Virus record (IMG/VR): IMGVR_UViG_3300041411_000085
Span: 1-64,000 of that record
DNA from: a virus
Length of the DNA: 64,000 nt
Strand: one strand, 5' to 3'
In this document: piece after piece, positions 1 through 9,841 of the stretch
How positions within the stretch are numbered: position 1 is the first letter of the stretch
Layout: each line of letters begins with the position of its first letter
Translations under genes and position numbers: made by a program
Notes under the pieces: model-generated
Databases searched by the model: none
What the model was told of the DNA's origin: nothing
Seen by the model: the letters and a program-made list of their open reading frames with translations, nothing else

Positions 1-1303
1 ACTTAGAAGCTTTAGCTTCAGGAACTACTTCTGTACCTTGGTCGCCAAGTTCTGTAAACATATCGGATGCTTCAAGAGCTTGTTTCTGTGCAGCAAAACC
101 ACTCAGAACAGTTTCAAATGCCGAGTCATCAAGGCTGGACAAGGAGGTCGAAACAGCTTCAACTTTGTCAGCGGACATAACAGCGGCAAGAGCAGTCTTG
201 CGACTGGTCATTTTAACGGCTACAGCAGCAGCTTCAGCAGAGGCTACTTGAGAAAGTGCTTCAGTCAGGGCTGCTTCTTTTTCAGTGAAAGCTGCAAGCA
301 AAGTTGCATGAGCTTCTTTAACAGAGGAGAACTCTGCAAGTTGCTCTTGGTACTGAGCAAGCTGAGCCTGCATTTCAGTGATTTGAGTCATTTCGAGAGT
401 TTCCTCATTTTTAGTCATATTAAACAGTTTGTTTTTAAGCATTCCATTCTCTTGGGGTTTCTGAGCCGTATCGGCAAGGTAATTGTAAAATGACTCAACA
501 GTCATCTCTGCATCAATCAAACCAAGTGCCATCGCCTCTTTAGGGAGGAATGTACGAGCTTCAGTTGACTTAACGCTATCGGTTGATAGGTTACGCTGAG
601 TTGCAACAAACTCTACGAATTCAACATACAAAGAATCAACTTTGGATTGAATGTCGTTGATAAAATCAGGACGGAAAGAACCATCTTCTGCATACGGCAC
701 CTTACTGGAACCTGCATACACGAAGGACCGCTCATACCCTTCTTTCTCTAGAGCTTTCGAGTCATTCATAAGTCGAACAACTACACCAATCGATCCAACT
801 TCAGATCCCGGAGAAACAATAATTTCATCGGCAATAGAAGTAAGACCATAACCTGCCGAGGCTGACATTCCGTCAGTGAACGACAAGATCTTTACACCAT
901 TAGCATCAGCCAGATCACGCATATACTGAGCAGTTGGGAACAGACCATGAGCTTCCCCACCGGGGGAGTCGGTCATGAAAGCGATTGTCTTGGCACCACT
1001 CTCAACAAGATATGTAAAATCTTCTTTTAGTTGAGTGTACGAAGTACCACCACAATCCATGCCCATCAAAGTAACGGGACGGTAGGACAGAGGACCATCA
1101 ATCGAGAGAGTAGCTACACCCAAGTCAGCGTTGAAAGAGTATCTATCAGTACTTTCACGGTGTTGGCTATCTTCACTGTCCAGTTTAAAACCTTTAGTGC
1201 AACGGTCGTCTAGGTATTTAGCAATTGCATCAAAACCTTGGACAGACATAAGTTGTGGAGTATTTAAAGTCTTCTCACGGAGACGAAATAAAGCGTGTGG
1301 CAT
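1..1303 (-). CDS. Prohead (maturation) protease, S49 family, with C-terminal scaffold domain; runs off the window edge
   Basis: Not in the ORF track because it has no stop in the window. Read by hand from ATG at 1303: MPHALFRLREKTLNTPQL...TDSPGGE...MSASAGY...EVGSIGVV, which are S49 motifs. It continues in frame into an Ala/Glu-rich coiled-coil tail and lies downstream of the portal. Confidence 0.9.
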   Translation of the reverse strand, partial: MPHALFRLREKTLNTPQLMSVQGFDAIAKYLDDRCTKGFKLDSEDSQHRESTDRYSFNADLGVATLSIDGPLSYRPVTLMGMDCGGTSYTQLKEDFTYLVESGAKTIAFMTDSPGGEAHGLFPTAQYMRDLADANGVKILSFTDGMSASAGYGLTSIADEIIVSPGSEVGSIGVVVRLMNDSKALEKEGYERSFVYAGSSKVPYAEDGSFRPDFINDIQSKVDSLYVEFVEFVATQRNLSTDSVKSTEARTFLPKEAMALGLIDAEMTVESFYNYLADTAQKPQENGMLKNKLFNMTKNEETLEMTQITEMQAQLAQYQEQLAEFSSVKEAHATLLAAFTEKEAALTEALSQVASAEAAAVAVKMTSRKTALAAVMSADKVEAVSTSLSSLDDSAFETVLSGFAAQKQALEASDMFTELGDQGTEVVPEAKASK

Positions 1304-2083
1304 TTACGCCTCCTTTTTGAATTCTTGAAGCCAGCGTTCATCGTTTGATGGCATCCAGTCAGAAATAAATAACTTAAACATACTTCTGACTACACTTGCG
1401 CTGATATTAAATTGCTTGCCAATTTTATAAGCAGACAAGCCCGATTCCCATAAACCACGTACATCTTCAGCAAAAGACCACGCTGCGTATGGAGTAGGCT
1501 TTCTAAACCAAGGGAGAATATTCAATCTAGCCTCAGACATCTTATTCTTCTGGTCCTCTGTCCTAATTTGACCTCTGACTTTTTCGAGACGTTTGTCAAT
1601 AGTTTCTTGGGATTGTTTCTTTCCAAGATTATTTAAACGAAACTGTTCTTTTGTTTCTTCAGAGTGCCTAAAACCAGCTCGGGTTGCGGAAGATCTTTCA
1701 ACACTCTCTTTAGAACGAGTCTTACCCTTCCAAATTTTGGAAATCTTTTCTTTAGACTCGTCTGAATGTTTAAATCCTAACTTTGATGGAGGCTTAGATC
1801 CACCAATAGCAATATTCCAACCTATACTTTTAGTAGGACGAAGTTTATTTTCAATATCGTAAGCGTACTCTTCATCTGAAATCAGAACGGTTTTTACAAT
1901 CAGGTTTTCTGCCCCGACTTTCCTCATAACATTATAAAGATACGAAGATTTACTGTTAACAACTTTGGAAGCCCTGATATGCTCTGCGTACCGCTCTTGA
2001 GCTGTCTTCGAAGTTACACCAATATACCCTTGAGAGAACATATCGGTGTGTTCGGGGGAATGAATCCAATAAACTTCCACCAT
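1304..2083 (-). CDS. GIY-YIG homing endonuclease with NUMOD3 repeats
   Basis: VYWI...GYIGVT...R...H...E...GWN catalytic pattern, plus repeated HSxEsKxKis-type NUMOD3 units. Confidence 0.85.
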   Translation of the reverse strand: MVEVYWIHSPEHTDMFSQGYIGVTSKTAQERYAEHIRASKVVNSKSSYLYNVMRKVGAENLIVKTVLISDEEYAYDIENKLRPTKSIGWNIAIGGSKPPSKLGFKHSDESKEKISKIWKGKTRSKESVERSSATRAGFRHSEETKEQFRLNNLGKKQSQETIDKRLEKVRGQIRTEDQKNKMSEARLNILPWFRKPTPYAAWSFAEDVRGLWESGLSAYKIGKQFNISASVVRSMFKLFISDWMPSNDERWLQEFKKEA

Positions 2084-3576
2084 TAGGTATTTTCCGAATT
2101 ACTAGTTGAGGCATCACCTGATGAGCCAGTAGAATCGCCAACCCCATTACTCAAGCCAGACTCCATCCCTGATCCACTCATTGATGTATCGGGAGAAAGG
2201 ATTTTCATCAAATCCTCCGTGGACATTTCAGGATCTACGCGATATGGGATATCTGCTTGCTTCATTACCCAGTTAATAACTTCTGGTGTACGTGGTAAGT
2301 TTCCAGTTGCGCTCACTCGTTGCACGAACTTGCCGATTTCATCCAAGGACTCTTTACTGACAGACCCATAGTCCATGTAGGGTAAAATGTCGGTGTCCCA
2401 ACCGTTTAAGGAAAATAGCTGGGGAATGAGGTCGTGGTTCAATTGGGATTTGATTTCATCCAACTTGGATTGGATTGCCATCTCTACAACACTAATTTTG
2501 GACTCTGCAAGAGAGAAGCTGCCTGACCCATTACTACCAAGAGATAGGAAGTCAGCAAACAATGCCGTCAGAATCTCTGATGTATATCGGTTGATAATGG
2601 CGTTAGTATCGTAAGACTTTTGACCAGTGATGGATTCGAATTTCAGTTCGAACATCTTGTTACCAGCACCATCATTCAGAAGTGGAAGAATGATACCTGA
2701 CTGTTTTGCTTGGTGCATATTAGCCAAGATTTTCTTATATTCTTCAAATGCTGCTTTCTTATCTGGTGTGGCGTCTTCAACCATATACTCAGGTGGAATG
2801 TATAGCACTTTGAATCCGTTAGAATCTTGTGCAACTGCAATCGCTTCACTTTCTTGGTAGGCTTGTTTATACTTCCAAGCTTGCCATGCACCGTTGAGTG
2901 GTGAAGTTCCGACGGGACTATCTTTCAAGGGGTTGTTTCGAAACAAGAGGAACTTCTTACGAGGGATCTTCTTCTCCATTGTCTGGTTACTAGACGTGGA
3001 GATAAAATCCCAACCATTAGAACTTTCTGTGCCCGGTAACATTACATTTTGAATGCAACCAGCAAGCTCTCGTCCATTGTTCTTCCAATACCAACGTTCA
3101 ATACTGTCTTGGGAGCGGATTGGAAGTTTCTTAATACCAATCAAGCCGTCGTTGTATTTACTACCCTTCTCTCGCAAACGATAGCGGAATACCTTTTCAT
3201 GTACACTAAAACCGTAACGATTATAAGACACTACTTGTTTAATAAAGCTTTGGAAATCTTGGTCCATGTCGTTAACACATTGACGGACAAAGTTTGCTTT
3301 ATCTTTAAGTTGTTCTTCATAACCTTCCGGGATCTTTACAGTCCACGGCACCCGTGCAATCATCATCTCTACAAGTTCAAGGGCTGGAGCAATAGCACCG
3401 TCTTTTGCCATACGCTTGTAAGTATTAATTGCTTCGGGCCAACGCAGCTCTTTACTGCATTCTTCCATTATCGAACCATCTAAAACCAGAAGTCCGGGGT
3501 AGCCAGTCTCTCCTAATGTGATAGTAGGTACTTCATTACCCCCAGCCTCTAGGGAGACTTCAGTATCTTCAGCCAT
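2083..3576 (-). CDS. Portal protein
   Basis: 497 aa, located between terL and the prohead protease. Contains YGFSVHEKV, GTSPL and GSFSLAE...LNHDLIPQL segments typical of DUF935-like portals. Confidence 0.85.
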   Translation of the reverse strand: MAEDTEVSLEAGGNEVPTITLGETGYPGLLVLDGSIMEECSKELRWPEAINTYKRMAKDGAIAPALELVEMMIARVPWTVKIPEGYEEQLKDKANFVRQCVNDMDQDFQSFIKQVVSYNRYGFSVHEKVFRYRLREKGSKYNDGLIGIKKLPIRSQDSIERWYWKNNGRELAGCIQNVMLPGTESSNGWDFISTSSNQTMEKKIPRKKFLLFRNNPLKDSPVGTSPLNGAWQAWKYKQAYQESEAIAVAQDSNGFKVLYIPPEYMVEDATPDKKAAFEEYKKILANMHQAKQSGIILPLLNDGAGNKMFELKFESITGQKSYDTNAIINRYTSEILTALFADFLSLGSNGSGSFSLAESKISVVEMAIQSKLDEIKSQLNHDLIPQLFSLNGWDTDILPYMDYGSVSKESLDEIGKFVQRVSATGNLPRTPEVINWVMKQADIPYRVDPEMSTEDLMKILSPDTSMSGSGMESGLSNGVGDSTGSSGDASTSNSENT

Positions 3577-3584
3577 GTAATTTC

Positions 3585-5093
3585 CTATTGGTTAAAGGGG
3601 TTTGATCTGGTTAAATTTGCAGACATTAAACCGGAAGTAAAGTTAGGGATGTTAATAGATTGAGCAAGAATAGACACACAGTCCGCTAGGCTGTCGACGA
3701 CATCATCGTGGCCTGATTCTCCAGACTTTCGAAGTCCTGTAAAGGCCTCTAACTCACGATAAACGAAGTTCAAATCATTCTGAATTTTGTTTTCATGGTC
3801 AGTCCCGCAGTTCTTCAAGAAGATAACGTGACCATTCTGTGCTAATGAACTTACAGGGCGAAATCTATCAAGCTTGCTCTTCGTAGTAGATAGCGTACGA
3901 ACTCTAAAACCAGCCTCTGATATTTCCCTTGTAAGAATACCTGTAGAAGCTTTCGCAGCAGCACCCGGATCAAGAGGTAGAATAACATCTACATCATAAC
4001 CATCCGACCTTGCATTATTAAGGATAAACTCTTTCCAATCACCAAAACGAATACGAGTACGCTGCACATCATGTACAAAGTAACTGCCATTTTTGAGTTT
4101 TGATACTTTACAAGTTGCCGTGTAATCTGGCGAATTATTGGCATCAGATTTAAGCGTAGATGCTAGGTCATAACTACGAACGGTTTTTACAATCTCAGAT
4201 TTAGGTGGTTCTTCAATAGCTTCGGTACACCAGCTACGCAGAAAGTGTGTCGAGGACTGTTCGCGAGCGTTCCAGTCGCCCAAAAGCAAGCGTCTGCGTT
4301 CAATATCTGGCATAGCTTCGAGCGAAGACAAATATTCTGGTTGATTTTCCATGAGCCATGGATTATCGTAGATTGTACCAAGGATAACTTGGAAGCTTAG
4401 TGGGCGTACTTGTTTAGGATGGTCAATTGGTAGATTAGGATTACCATATTTAACAACCATCTCTTCTCTTGAGTCGCCCCAGAAGATCAAACCTTCACGG
4501 CGAAGAATCCAACGAACTCTGCCATTCTTTCCAGGGTCCGGCAGACCAGCATTAGGGTGCTCATCGTCGTACAGCCACCACTTAACCCAGTCATAAAGAA
4601 ATGAATCTGGGTCGGGGTTACAACTTAACCAAATAGATGGATCAAGTTTAGCCTTTGTACGAAGTCGAGAAATCAACCACCAAATATGTTTTTCATCTGC
4701 GTGCGTACATTCATCAAAAAACACATTTGAGAGTTCTAACCCATGGTATAACTGCCCAGCACTATCGTTTTCATAATGAGAGAACGATACGGAAGACCCC
4801 GAACTGAAGACAATTCGCTGATCTTTTAGTTTAATCTTAATATCATCTACTTGCGAGTATAGATGAACAGCAGCATCAAACAAACCGCCACTTTTCATAA
4901 TCGCAGTAGAGTTTTTACGAATGCAAAACCCCCGGTAAAGAGGGTCATTCATCCATCTCAAGTGTCTCATTAATCCAATGTGGCTCTTCGAAGAGCCGGC
5001 AGCCCCACCCGCTACCAAAATTCTTGAAGTAGAATTGAGGTATTGGGCTTGAAATTTTGACTGTGGGCCAATAATTACTTCTTCTTCACTCAT
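3585..5093 (-). CDS. terL: Terminase large subunit
   Basis: GPQ..FQ adenine motif, Walker A GGAAGSSKS, Walker B VFFDE, SCNP coupling motif, and nuclease acidic residues YDLA, PDYTA, HDDVVD. Confidence 0.95.
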   Translation of the reverse strand: MSEEEVIIGPQSKFQAQYLNSTSRILVAGGAAGSSKSHIGLMRHLRWMNDPLYRGFCIRKNSTAIMKSGGLFDAAVHLYSQVDDIKIKLKDQRIVFSSGSSVSFSHYENDSAGQLYHGLELSNVFFDECTHADEKHIWWLISRLRTKAKLDPSIWLSCNPDPDSFLYDWVKWWLYDDEHPNAGLPDPGKNGRVRWILRREGLIFWGDSREEMVVKYGNPNLPIDHPKQVRPLSFQVILGTIYDNPWLMENQPEYLSSLEAMPDIERRRLLLGDWNAREQSSTHFLRSWCTEAIEEPPKSEIVKTVRSYDLASTLKSDANNSPDYTATCKVSKLKNGSYFVHDVQRTRIRFGDWKEFILNNARSDGYDVDVILPLDPGAAAKASTGILTREISEAGFRVRTLSTTKSKLDRFRPVSSLAQNGHVIFLKNCGTDHENKIQNDLNFVYRELEAFTGLRKSGESGHDDVVDSLADCVSILAQSINIPNFTSGLMSANLTRSNPFNQ

Positions 5094-5980
5094 TAAGTTC
5101 CCTCACTATGAAATTCCATCCACTCCTTATCGTAATGAGGAATCCAACCTTCATGAAACATCTCTACAAGCGTAGTAAAATGATATTTCTTATATTCTAA
5201 GTTTTCTACTTTTGAGCAAATTGTTGCAAAAGAATAATGTCCGGGTTTATTATTTTCAATCCAGATATTATAATAATTTGCAGCCATTGCCCATACTCTC
5301 GCTCTTTCTGGCCTAGACATACAACTCTTTTGCCAAGGTCGCAAGGATTTTTGATAAGCAGATGTTGCCTCTAATACGTGAGGAGGCATTACCTTACCTT
5401 TATTTGCCTTCGAAATATTCTGTTTGTGCTCTTCTGATATCGGCCTTCCACGAAAGAAATCACCGATCTTTTTACGAGCTTCTTCTGGAACAGTCCAACC
5501 GTCTGCAATAATTTGTTGACGCTTTTCACTAATTCTCTTAGAAGTTTCAGCGGATCGTTTTTGTCCTGTCTGCTTTAAACGACCTTTCTCAATAGACTCT
5601 TCAGAACGCTTGTGTCCAGTTAACGTTGCACTAATCTTATCTTTAGTTTCTTGAGTAATAGTACGCTCACTCATAAACTTTGCTTTTGCAATCTTAGCTT
5701 TTTCAACATCTGACCAAGTTAAAAGATCTTTGTGTGCATTAACAGTACGAGTGTAGGCCCACATCAGACTATAGTTATCTGGATAAGCTTTCCACAAAAG
5801 TTTGTGGGCAATAACATGCTCTTTTGCTGTGAAGAGGACATAATTATCGTTAGTATTTTTACCGCCTAGACACTTTGGGATAATATGGTGTTTTTCAAAA
5901 TACCCATCTAAAGCTTTCTTATCTAGACCTCTAACAATACACTTAGCAACTAACTCATCATAAACTTTAATATAATTCAA
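5093..5980 (-). CDS. HNH homing endonuclease with NUMOD3 repeats
   Basis: EKHHIIPKCLGGKN...N...TAKEHVIAH HNH motif, followed by NUMOD3 repeats. Confidence 0.9.
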   Translation of the reverse strand: MNYIKVYDELVAKCIVRGLDKKALDGYFEKHHIIPKCLGGKNTNDNYVLFTAKEHVIAHKLLWKAYPDNYSLMWAYTRTVNAHKDLLTWSDVEKAKIAKAKFMSERTITQETKDKISATLTGHKRSEESIEKGRLKQTGQKRSAETSKRISEKRQQIIADGWTVPEEARKKIGDFFRGRPISEEHKQNISKANKGKVMPPHVLEATSAYQKSLRPWQKSCMSRPERARVWAMAANYYNIWIENNKPGHYSFATICSKVENLEYKKYHFTTLVEMFHEGWIPHYDKEWMEFHSEGT

Positions 5981-6096
5981 AACTAATAATTCTCAAAGTA
6001 AAACGGTGCCTCACCTCACCAGCCGTCAAGACAGCCTCATGTTTGGTATTACAGTTCACCGAATTCTTTTATAACAGAGGCCGTTTACACAACTTG

Positions 6097-6459
6097 TTAT
6101 TTTTCTTCCTTGGAAGATTCTACTTGACCACCTGCTTTCAAATACTGGGTCACGAGCAAATTTCTATCCCTACCTGAAATACCATACTTCTTCTTAACAG
6201 TTGCCTTCAACGTATCCCAATCCATATCATCAAGTTGATCTTTTGTAAAAATCTCTTGCATAATTTGAAACTGAAAACCGGGCTTGCTAACCATAAGCTC
6301 ATCAGTCTGGAGATACATCCAAGCTGAGAAAGGGAAACGCATTGTTGGAACTTTGCCAGCTTCCATAACAGCACCCATGTTTGCTAGCTCAACAACGTTT
6401 TGAATAAAGTTATAACCAATACCGTCGTTGCCTGTAACTAGTACAAGATATTCATTCAT
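6097..6459 (-). CDS. Hypothetical phage protein
   Basis: 120 aa ORF with a strong AGGAGAG SD and an upstream TTGACA box. Confidence 0.7.
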   Translation of the reverse strand: MNEYLVLVTGNDGIGYNFIQNVVELANMGAVMEAGKVPTMRFPFSAWMYLQTDELMVSKPGFQFQIMQEIFTKDQLDDMDWDTLKATVKKKYGISGRDRNLLVTQYLKAGGQVESSKEEK

Positions 6460-6604
6460 TTAATCTCTCCTGTTGTGTTCAATTCATAAAAGAGATATTA
6501 CGCTACACAACAGTCGTTTGTCAAGCTTATTACAAATATATTTAAACTGTTTTCAAATTAACTTATTGAAGCTACTTCTATTTCAAAGTAGCTTTGTAAA
6601 TTAA

Positions 6605-7447
6605 CTAAGGACGCTCTTCCCAAAAACTTGAGAACACACCTGTAGCAACACCACTGCCAAAGTTATTGAAAATCCAATAGTAAGTTCCCGGACCTACTCC
6701 ACGAGAATCATCTACAGAAGCACCGACAGACTGTGCTTGACCACTTGCGTTAGCTACAACAATACGGATGACATCAATGTCAACACCACCTGTTAGGGCT
6801 GTTGCGCCTGACCCCACAGTATTCTGAGCTGTATACAAGGGTAATGGAGGGGCTGGAAATACACTGCCAGTCATAGTATTCTTGGGGATGATTGGGAGAG
6901 CTTCTGAGAATGTACCAGTAGGTGTACCACCAACTACAGTACGTAGTTTGACAGACCCTGCGTCTAGGGAGAGCCTAACGTTCTGAAGTATTGTATTCAC
7001 AGGAACTATAATTCTCATTACCAATGTGGCGCTAGAAGCAATACTAAGCTCCTTGAATGTACGAAATTCCCTACCTTCGAAGAAACCTGTCTGACCAACA
7101 TCCACCCTAAGGCGCCTATATTCCTCTGTGTTTGTAGTCCACACATCGGAAGGAAGGTCTACAGAGGTGAATGGTTCAATAGAACTAGACAGAAGAAGGT
7201 CCACATCAATCACACCAAGGAATGGTGCCCTAATCCACGTCTGCAAAGAATTCTTTGTAAAGGAGTAGGTTTCTTTTGGAAAGATTTCAGCTCCTGTAAA
7301 GGAGTCTGCTGGGATAGTGGCTGAACGTGTGACGTATAATGCACCGTTACTTAGGTTTGTAAGCTTGATGCTGTTGAGTGTAAAGTCTAGAGATGTGAGG
7401 GTGGATAAATTAACCCAACCAGTTGTTTGTAGCCTATGTACACTCAT
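6605..7447 (-). CDS. Hypothetical protein, possibly virion-associated
   Basis: 280 aa, rich in Thr/Ser/Gly/Val, within the late morphogenesis block; AAGGA SD. Confidence 0.6.
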   Translation of the reverse strand: MSVHRLQTTGWVNLSTLTSLDFTLNSIKLTNLSNGALYVTRSATIPADSFTGAEIFPKETYSFTKNSLQTWIRAPFLGVIDVDLLLSSSIEPFTSVDLPSDVWTTNTEEYRRLRVDVGQTGFFEGREFRTFKELSIASSATLVMRIIVPVNTILQNVRLSLDAGSVKLRTVVGGTPTGTFSEALPIIPKNTMTGSVFPAPPLPLYTAQNTVGSGATALTGGVDIDVIRIVVANASGQAQSVGASVDDSRGVGPGTYYWIFNNFGSGVATGVFSSFWEERP

Positions 7448-7509
7448 AGCATTCCTTTATTATTTTGATTTGGAATGGGTATTTATAAACTAAGTTAGTA
7501 GACGTTAGG

Positions 7510-8898
7510 CTACAACCCTAAAGCAGCCGTATAAGCCGGGATAGCGTACCCAGCCAATGTTAGATAACCATTAGCCGTAGGGTGTGTATTATCCAGTGTC
7601 TCAAACCCTGTCCATGCAGTTGTGTCAATCCAAATAAGCTTAGGATTAGCTTTAGCATCCATCACAGCTTTCAGTGTGACATTTGCAGCATTAACCAGTT
7701 CTGGAGCACCAATGTTAGGCAGAATCCCACGACACAATACTTTGCCATATCCTTTAGCCAGCAGCTTATCAATACACAATCCATAATCAGTTTGTTCTGT
7801 GCTATCAATACCACCAGAGCCGCTATTACCACCTAATGCTAGGATTGCTACATCATTAGCTGTTACAGTCTTCATAGCTAAGGCAGCATCAATCATTACC
7901 TTACCACCACCTACTGTTTGCCCACTAACCCCATTCGTGCTACCAACAAATCCAAGGGCTGCTGCTACGTGCATTGTCTCAGTGTTTACTGAAGTAGCCC
8001 CCGGACCAGATCCGTAAGTGATGCTGTCACCAAACTGGTCAAGCTTTCTTCGGACACCAATATCAAGCAGTGTACTGTTACCACTTACAGCAAAATGTCC
8101 ACCAAGCTCTCTGAATGCACCACCATCCCACACATTGTATGTGGCTACAGAGCCATCACAAGGAATAACAATAGCCCGAGGAACACCATCAGCTTCAGGA
8201 GGGGCAGTATAGTAAGTGGGAATCCCACCATTCTTACTTACGCCAACTCTAGAGGATGTAGCTACAATCTTAGTGAATGCACCACGTATCTTGACAGAGC
8301 CTACGTTAGAACCACTGGTTACATTACTTGGTGCTTGTAGAGGCGGGGAATATCCTGAAACGTTCGGTGTGATCCCAGCAGAATACAAACCTGTAGCTGA
8401 ATCACTGCCTGCCTGAATCCAATTAGATGCTGCAACAAGTGCTGGAGGTTGACCTGTAACACTCAAGACATTTCCAGAGGATGCCACGTAAGGAGCATCA
8501 CCCATCTGCACAACCCACCTTACTTGAACAAAGTAGGTGGCGTGAGGAAGACCTGTGAAGAGTGTGTATACAGATGCAGAGTTAGGAGCACTGATGAAGT
8601 CACCACCGTCTACGCTCACTTGCATAGACCCAGCGTTATCTCCATAATCTGAAGGAGATGTAAGCAACGCTTGCGTCCCTGTAATCCATCCACACCATAA
8701 TGTCAAAGCACCGTATGCATATACTCTTGCAGCGTTCTTAGTTGTATTAAGAGAGCCTGCAAAGCCCGGAACAAACTGAGATGATGTGAAGGGTGCAGTG
8801 GTAGGGTCAGGAATTACGACGGAATGCTTTGGTTTTAAACTATGAAGAGGTCTTGAAATAGAACTGACAACTGAAGATGTAATATCATGAGTTATCAT
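7510..8898 (-). CDS. SGNH/GDSL hydrolase-domain protein (putative virion-associated esterase or deacetylase)
   Basis: Block I FGDSIT, block II NGVSG, block III LGGN and block V DNTHP, preceded by a beta-rich N-terminal region. Confidence 0.85.
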   Translation of the reverse strand: MITHDITSSVVSSISRPLHSLKPKHSVVIPDPTTAPFTSSQFVPGFAGSLNTTKNAARVYAYGALTLWCGWITGTQALLTSPSDYGDNAGSMQVSVDGGDFISAPNSASVYTLFTGLPHATYFVQVRWVVQMGDAPYVASSGNVLSVTGQPPALVAASNWIQAGSDSATGLYSAGITPNVSGYSPPLQAPSNVTSGSNVGSVKIRGAFTKIVATSSRVGVSKNGGIPTYYTAPPEADGVPRAIVIPCDGSVATYNVWDGGAFRELGGHFAVSGNSTLLDIGVRRKLDQFGDSITYGSGPGATSVNTETMHVAAALGFVGSTNGVSGQTVGGGKVMIDAALAMKTVTANDVAILALGGNSGSGGIDSTEQTDYGLCIDKLLAKGYGKVLCRGILPNIGAPELVNAANVTLKAVMDAKANPKLIWIDTTAWTGFETLDNTHPTANGYLTLAGYAIPAYTAALGL

Positions 8899-8902
8899 AA
8901 AA

Positions 8903-9205
8903 TCAAGTCTCTAGAAATACACCGAAAGGTTTGCCTGTGTAAGCATAACGCTTCACACGATAAGTGCCGGGACCAGACAAGACAGTAGAGGGGTTGCTGT
9001 AGCTCAATGCGACAAATACAGCATTGTCAGCGCCGGGAGTGTCTTGGAGGATCTTGAACTTAGGTGCGTTTTGTTCTTGATAAGATAGAGGCTTATCAGC
9101 TTCTTGGAAGAACACACCAACCACCACTGAAGCCCCTGCTGCAATAACGATATCTGTTGAAGTCGCTTCTGTAATACCAGCAGCTAAAATTGTACTTTGT
9201 GTCAT
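8903..9205 (-). CDS. Small hypothetical protein, possibly virion-associated
   Basis: 100 aa beta-rich ORF directly upstream of the SGNH gene. Confidence 0.6.
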   Translation of the reverse strand: MTQSTILAAGITEATSTDIVIAAGASVVVGVFFQEADKPLSYQEQNAPKFKILQDTPGADNAVFVALSYSNPSTVLSGPGTYRVKRYAYTGKPFGVFLET

Positions 9206-9239
9206 ATTAATACCTTGAGATTAGCTGCTGATTATTGAA

Positions 9240-9400
9240 TTAACGTATTAGCGTCCACCCTGCCTGACCTAATATCTCTACCTTCGCAAGATTCGAAAGT
9301 CTTCTCCACCTAACCGTCTTTCCGGTTTGTCATTTATTTCAACTGTCCGCCAGAACAGTTTGGGCTAGGACTAGGCGTCCTGATACCAGACCGAAGTCTG
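9240..9400 (-). ncRNA. Candidate structured RNA downstream of terS
   Basis: Five consecutive hairpins, including C-UUCG-G (9387-9400) and a stem containing a G-U pair that forms only on the minus strand (9341-9360). Confidence 0.5.
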
Positions 9401-9405
9401 ATTCT

Positions 9406-9819
9406 TTACTCGTCATCATCTTCTGTTGGATCAACATACACAAGAGACAACCGAGGTTTTAATTGCTGTTCAATTTCTTTAGGAGACTCTTCACCAGCTT
9501 CCAAAGAATCTTTAACTTCAAACTTAAGTTTGTTGTAAGAAATTTCTTCCGCATTCGCGGCCTTACTTACTGTTACCAAGCTATTCACAAGCCATTTACT
9601 TGCAGAGGCTTGTTCCGTATCAATAGCAACACCATCGATTTGCTTCTTGATATTCTCAAGAGCTTTGTCTTTCATTTCCAGAAGTTGTTCTTCCAGAATT
9701 CGAAGTTTACTTTTGGTGATTCGTTTACTATTACCGCCTGTAGTCTTGCGATTAGACTTAGGGCCGTTGAACCTAGTATCGGGACTAGGATTTTTATTTG
9801 TAGTTTTCTTAGTCGTCAT
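9406..9819 (-). CDS. Putative terminase small subunit
   Basis: Basic N-terminus with an NPSPDTRF...N..GG motif, helical core and acidic tail; upstream of terL on the same strand. Confidence 0.55.
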   Translation of the reverse strand: MTTKKTTNKNPSPDTRFNGPKSNRKTTGGNSKRITKSKLRILEEQLLEMKDKALENIKKQIDGVAIDTEQASASKWLVNSLVTVSKAANAEEISYNKLKFEVKDSLEAGEESPKEIEQQLKPRLSLVYVDPTEDDDE

Positions 9820-9841
9820 AATAGATTCCTTTGTAAATTAA

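Noticed and set aside
38-493. Plus-strand 151 aa ORF and similar antisense ORFs (e.g. 3049-3483, 32521-33000, 45611-46144, 54752-55399, 62351-63109)
   Set aside because: These are shadows of well-supported genes on the opposite strand.
7480-7487. T4-type late promoter TATAAATA on the minus strand
   Set aside because: A single instance in AT-rich DNA, not repeated before other late genes, and no gp55-like sigma factor in view.
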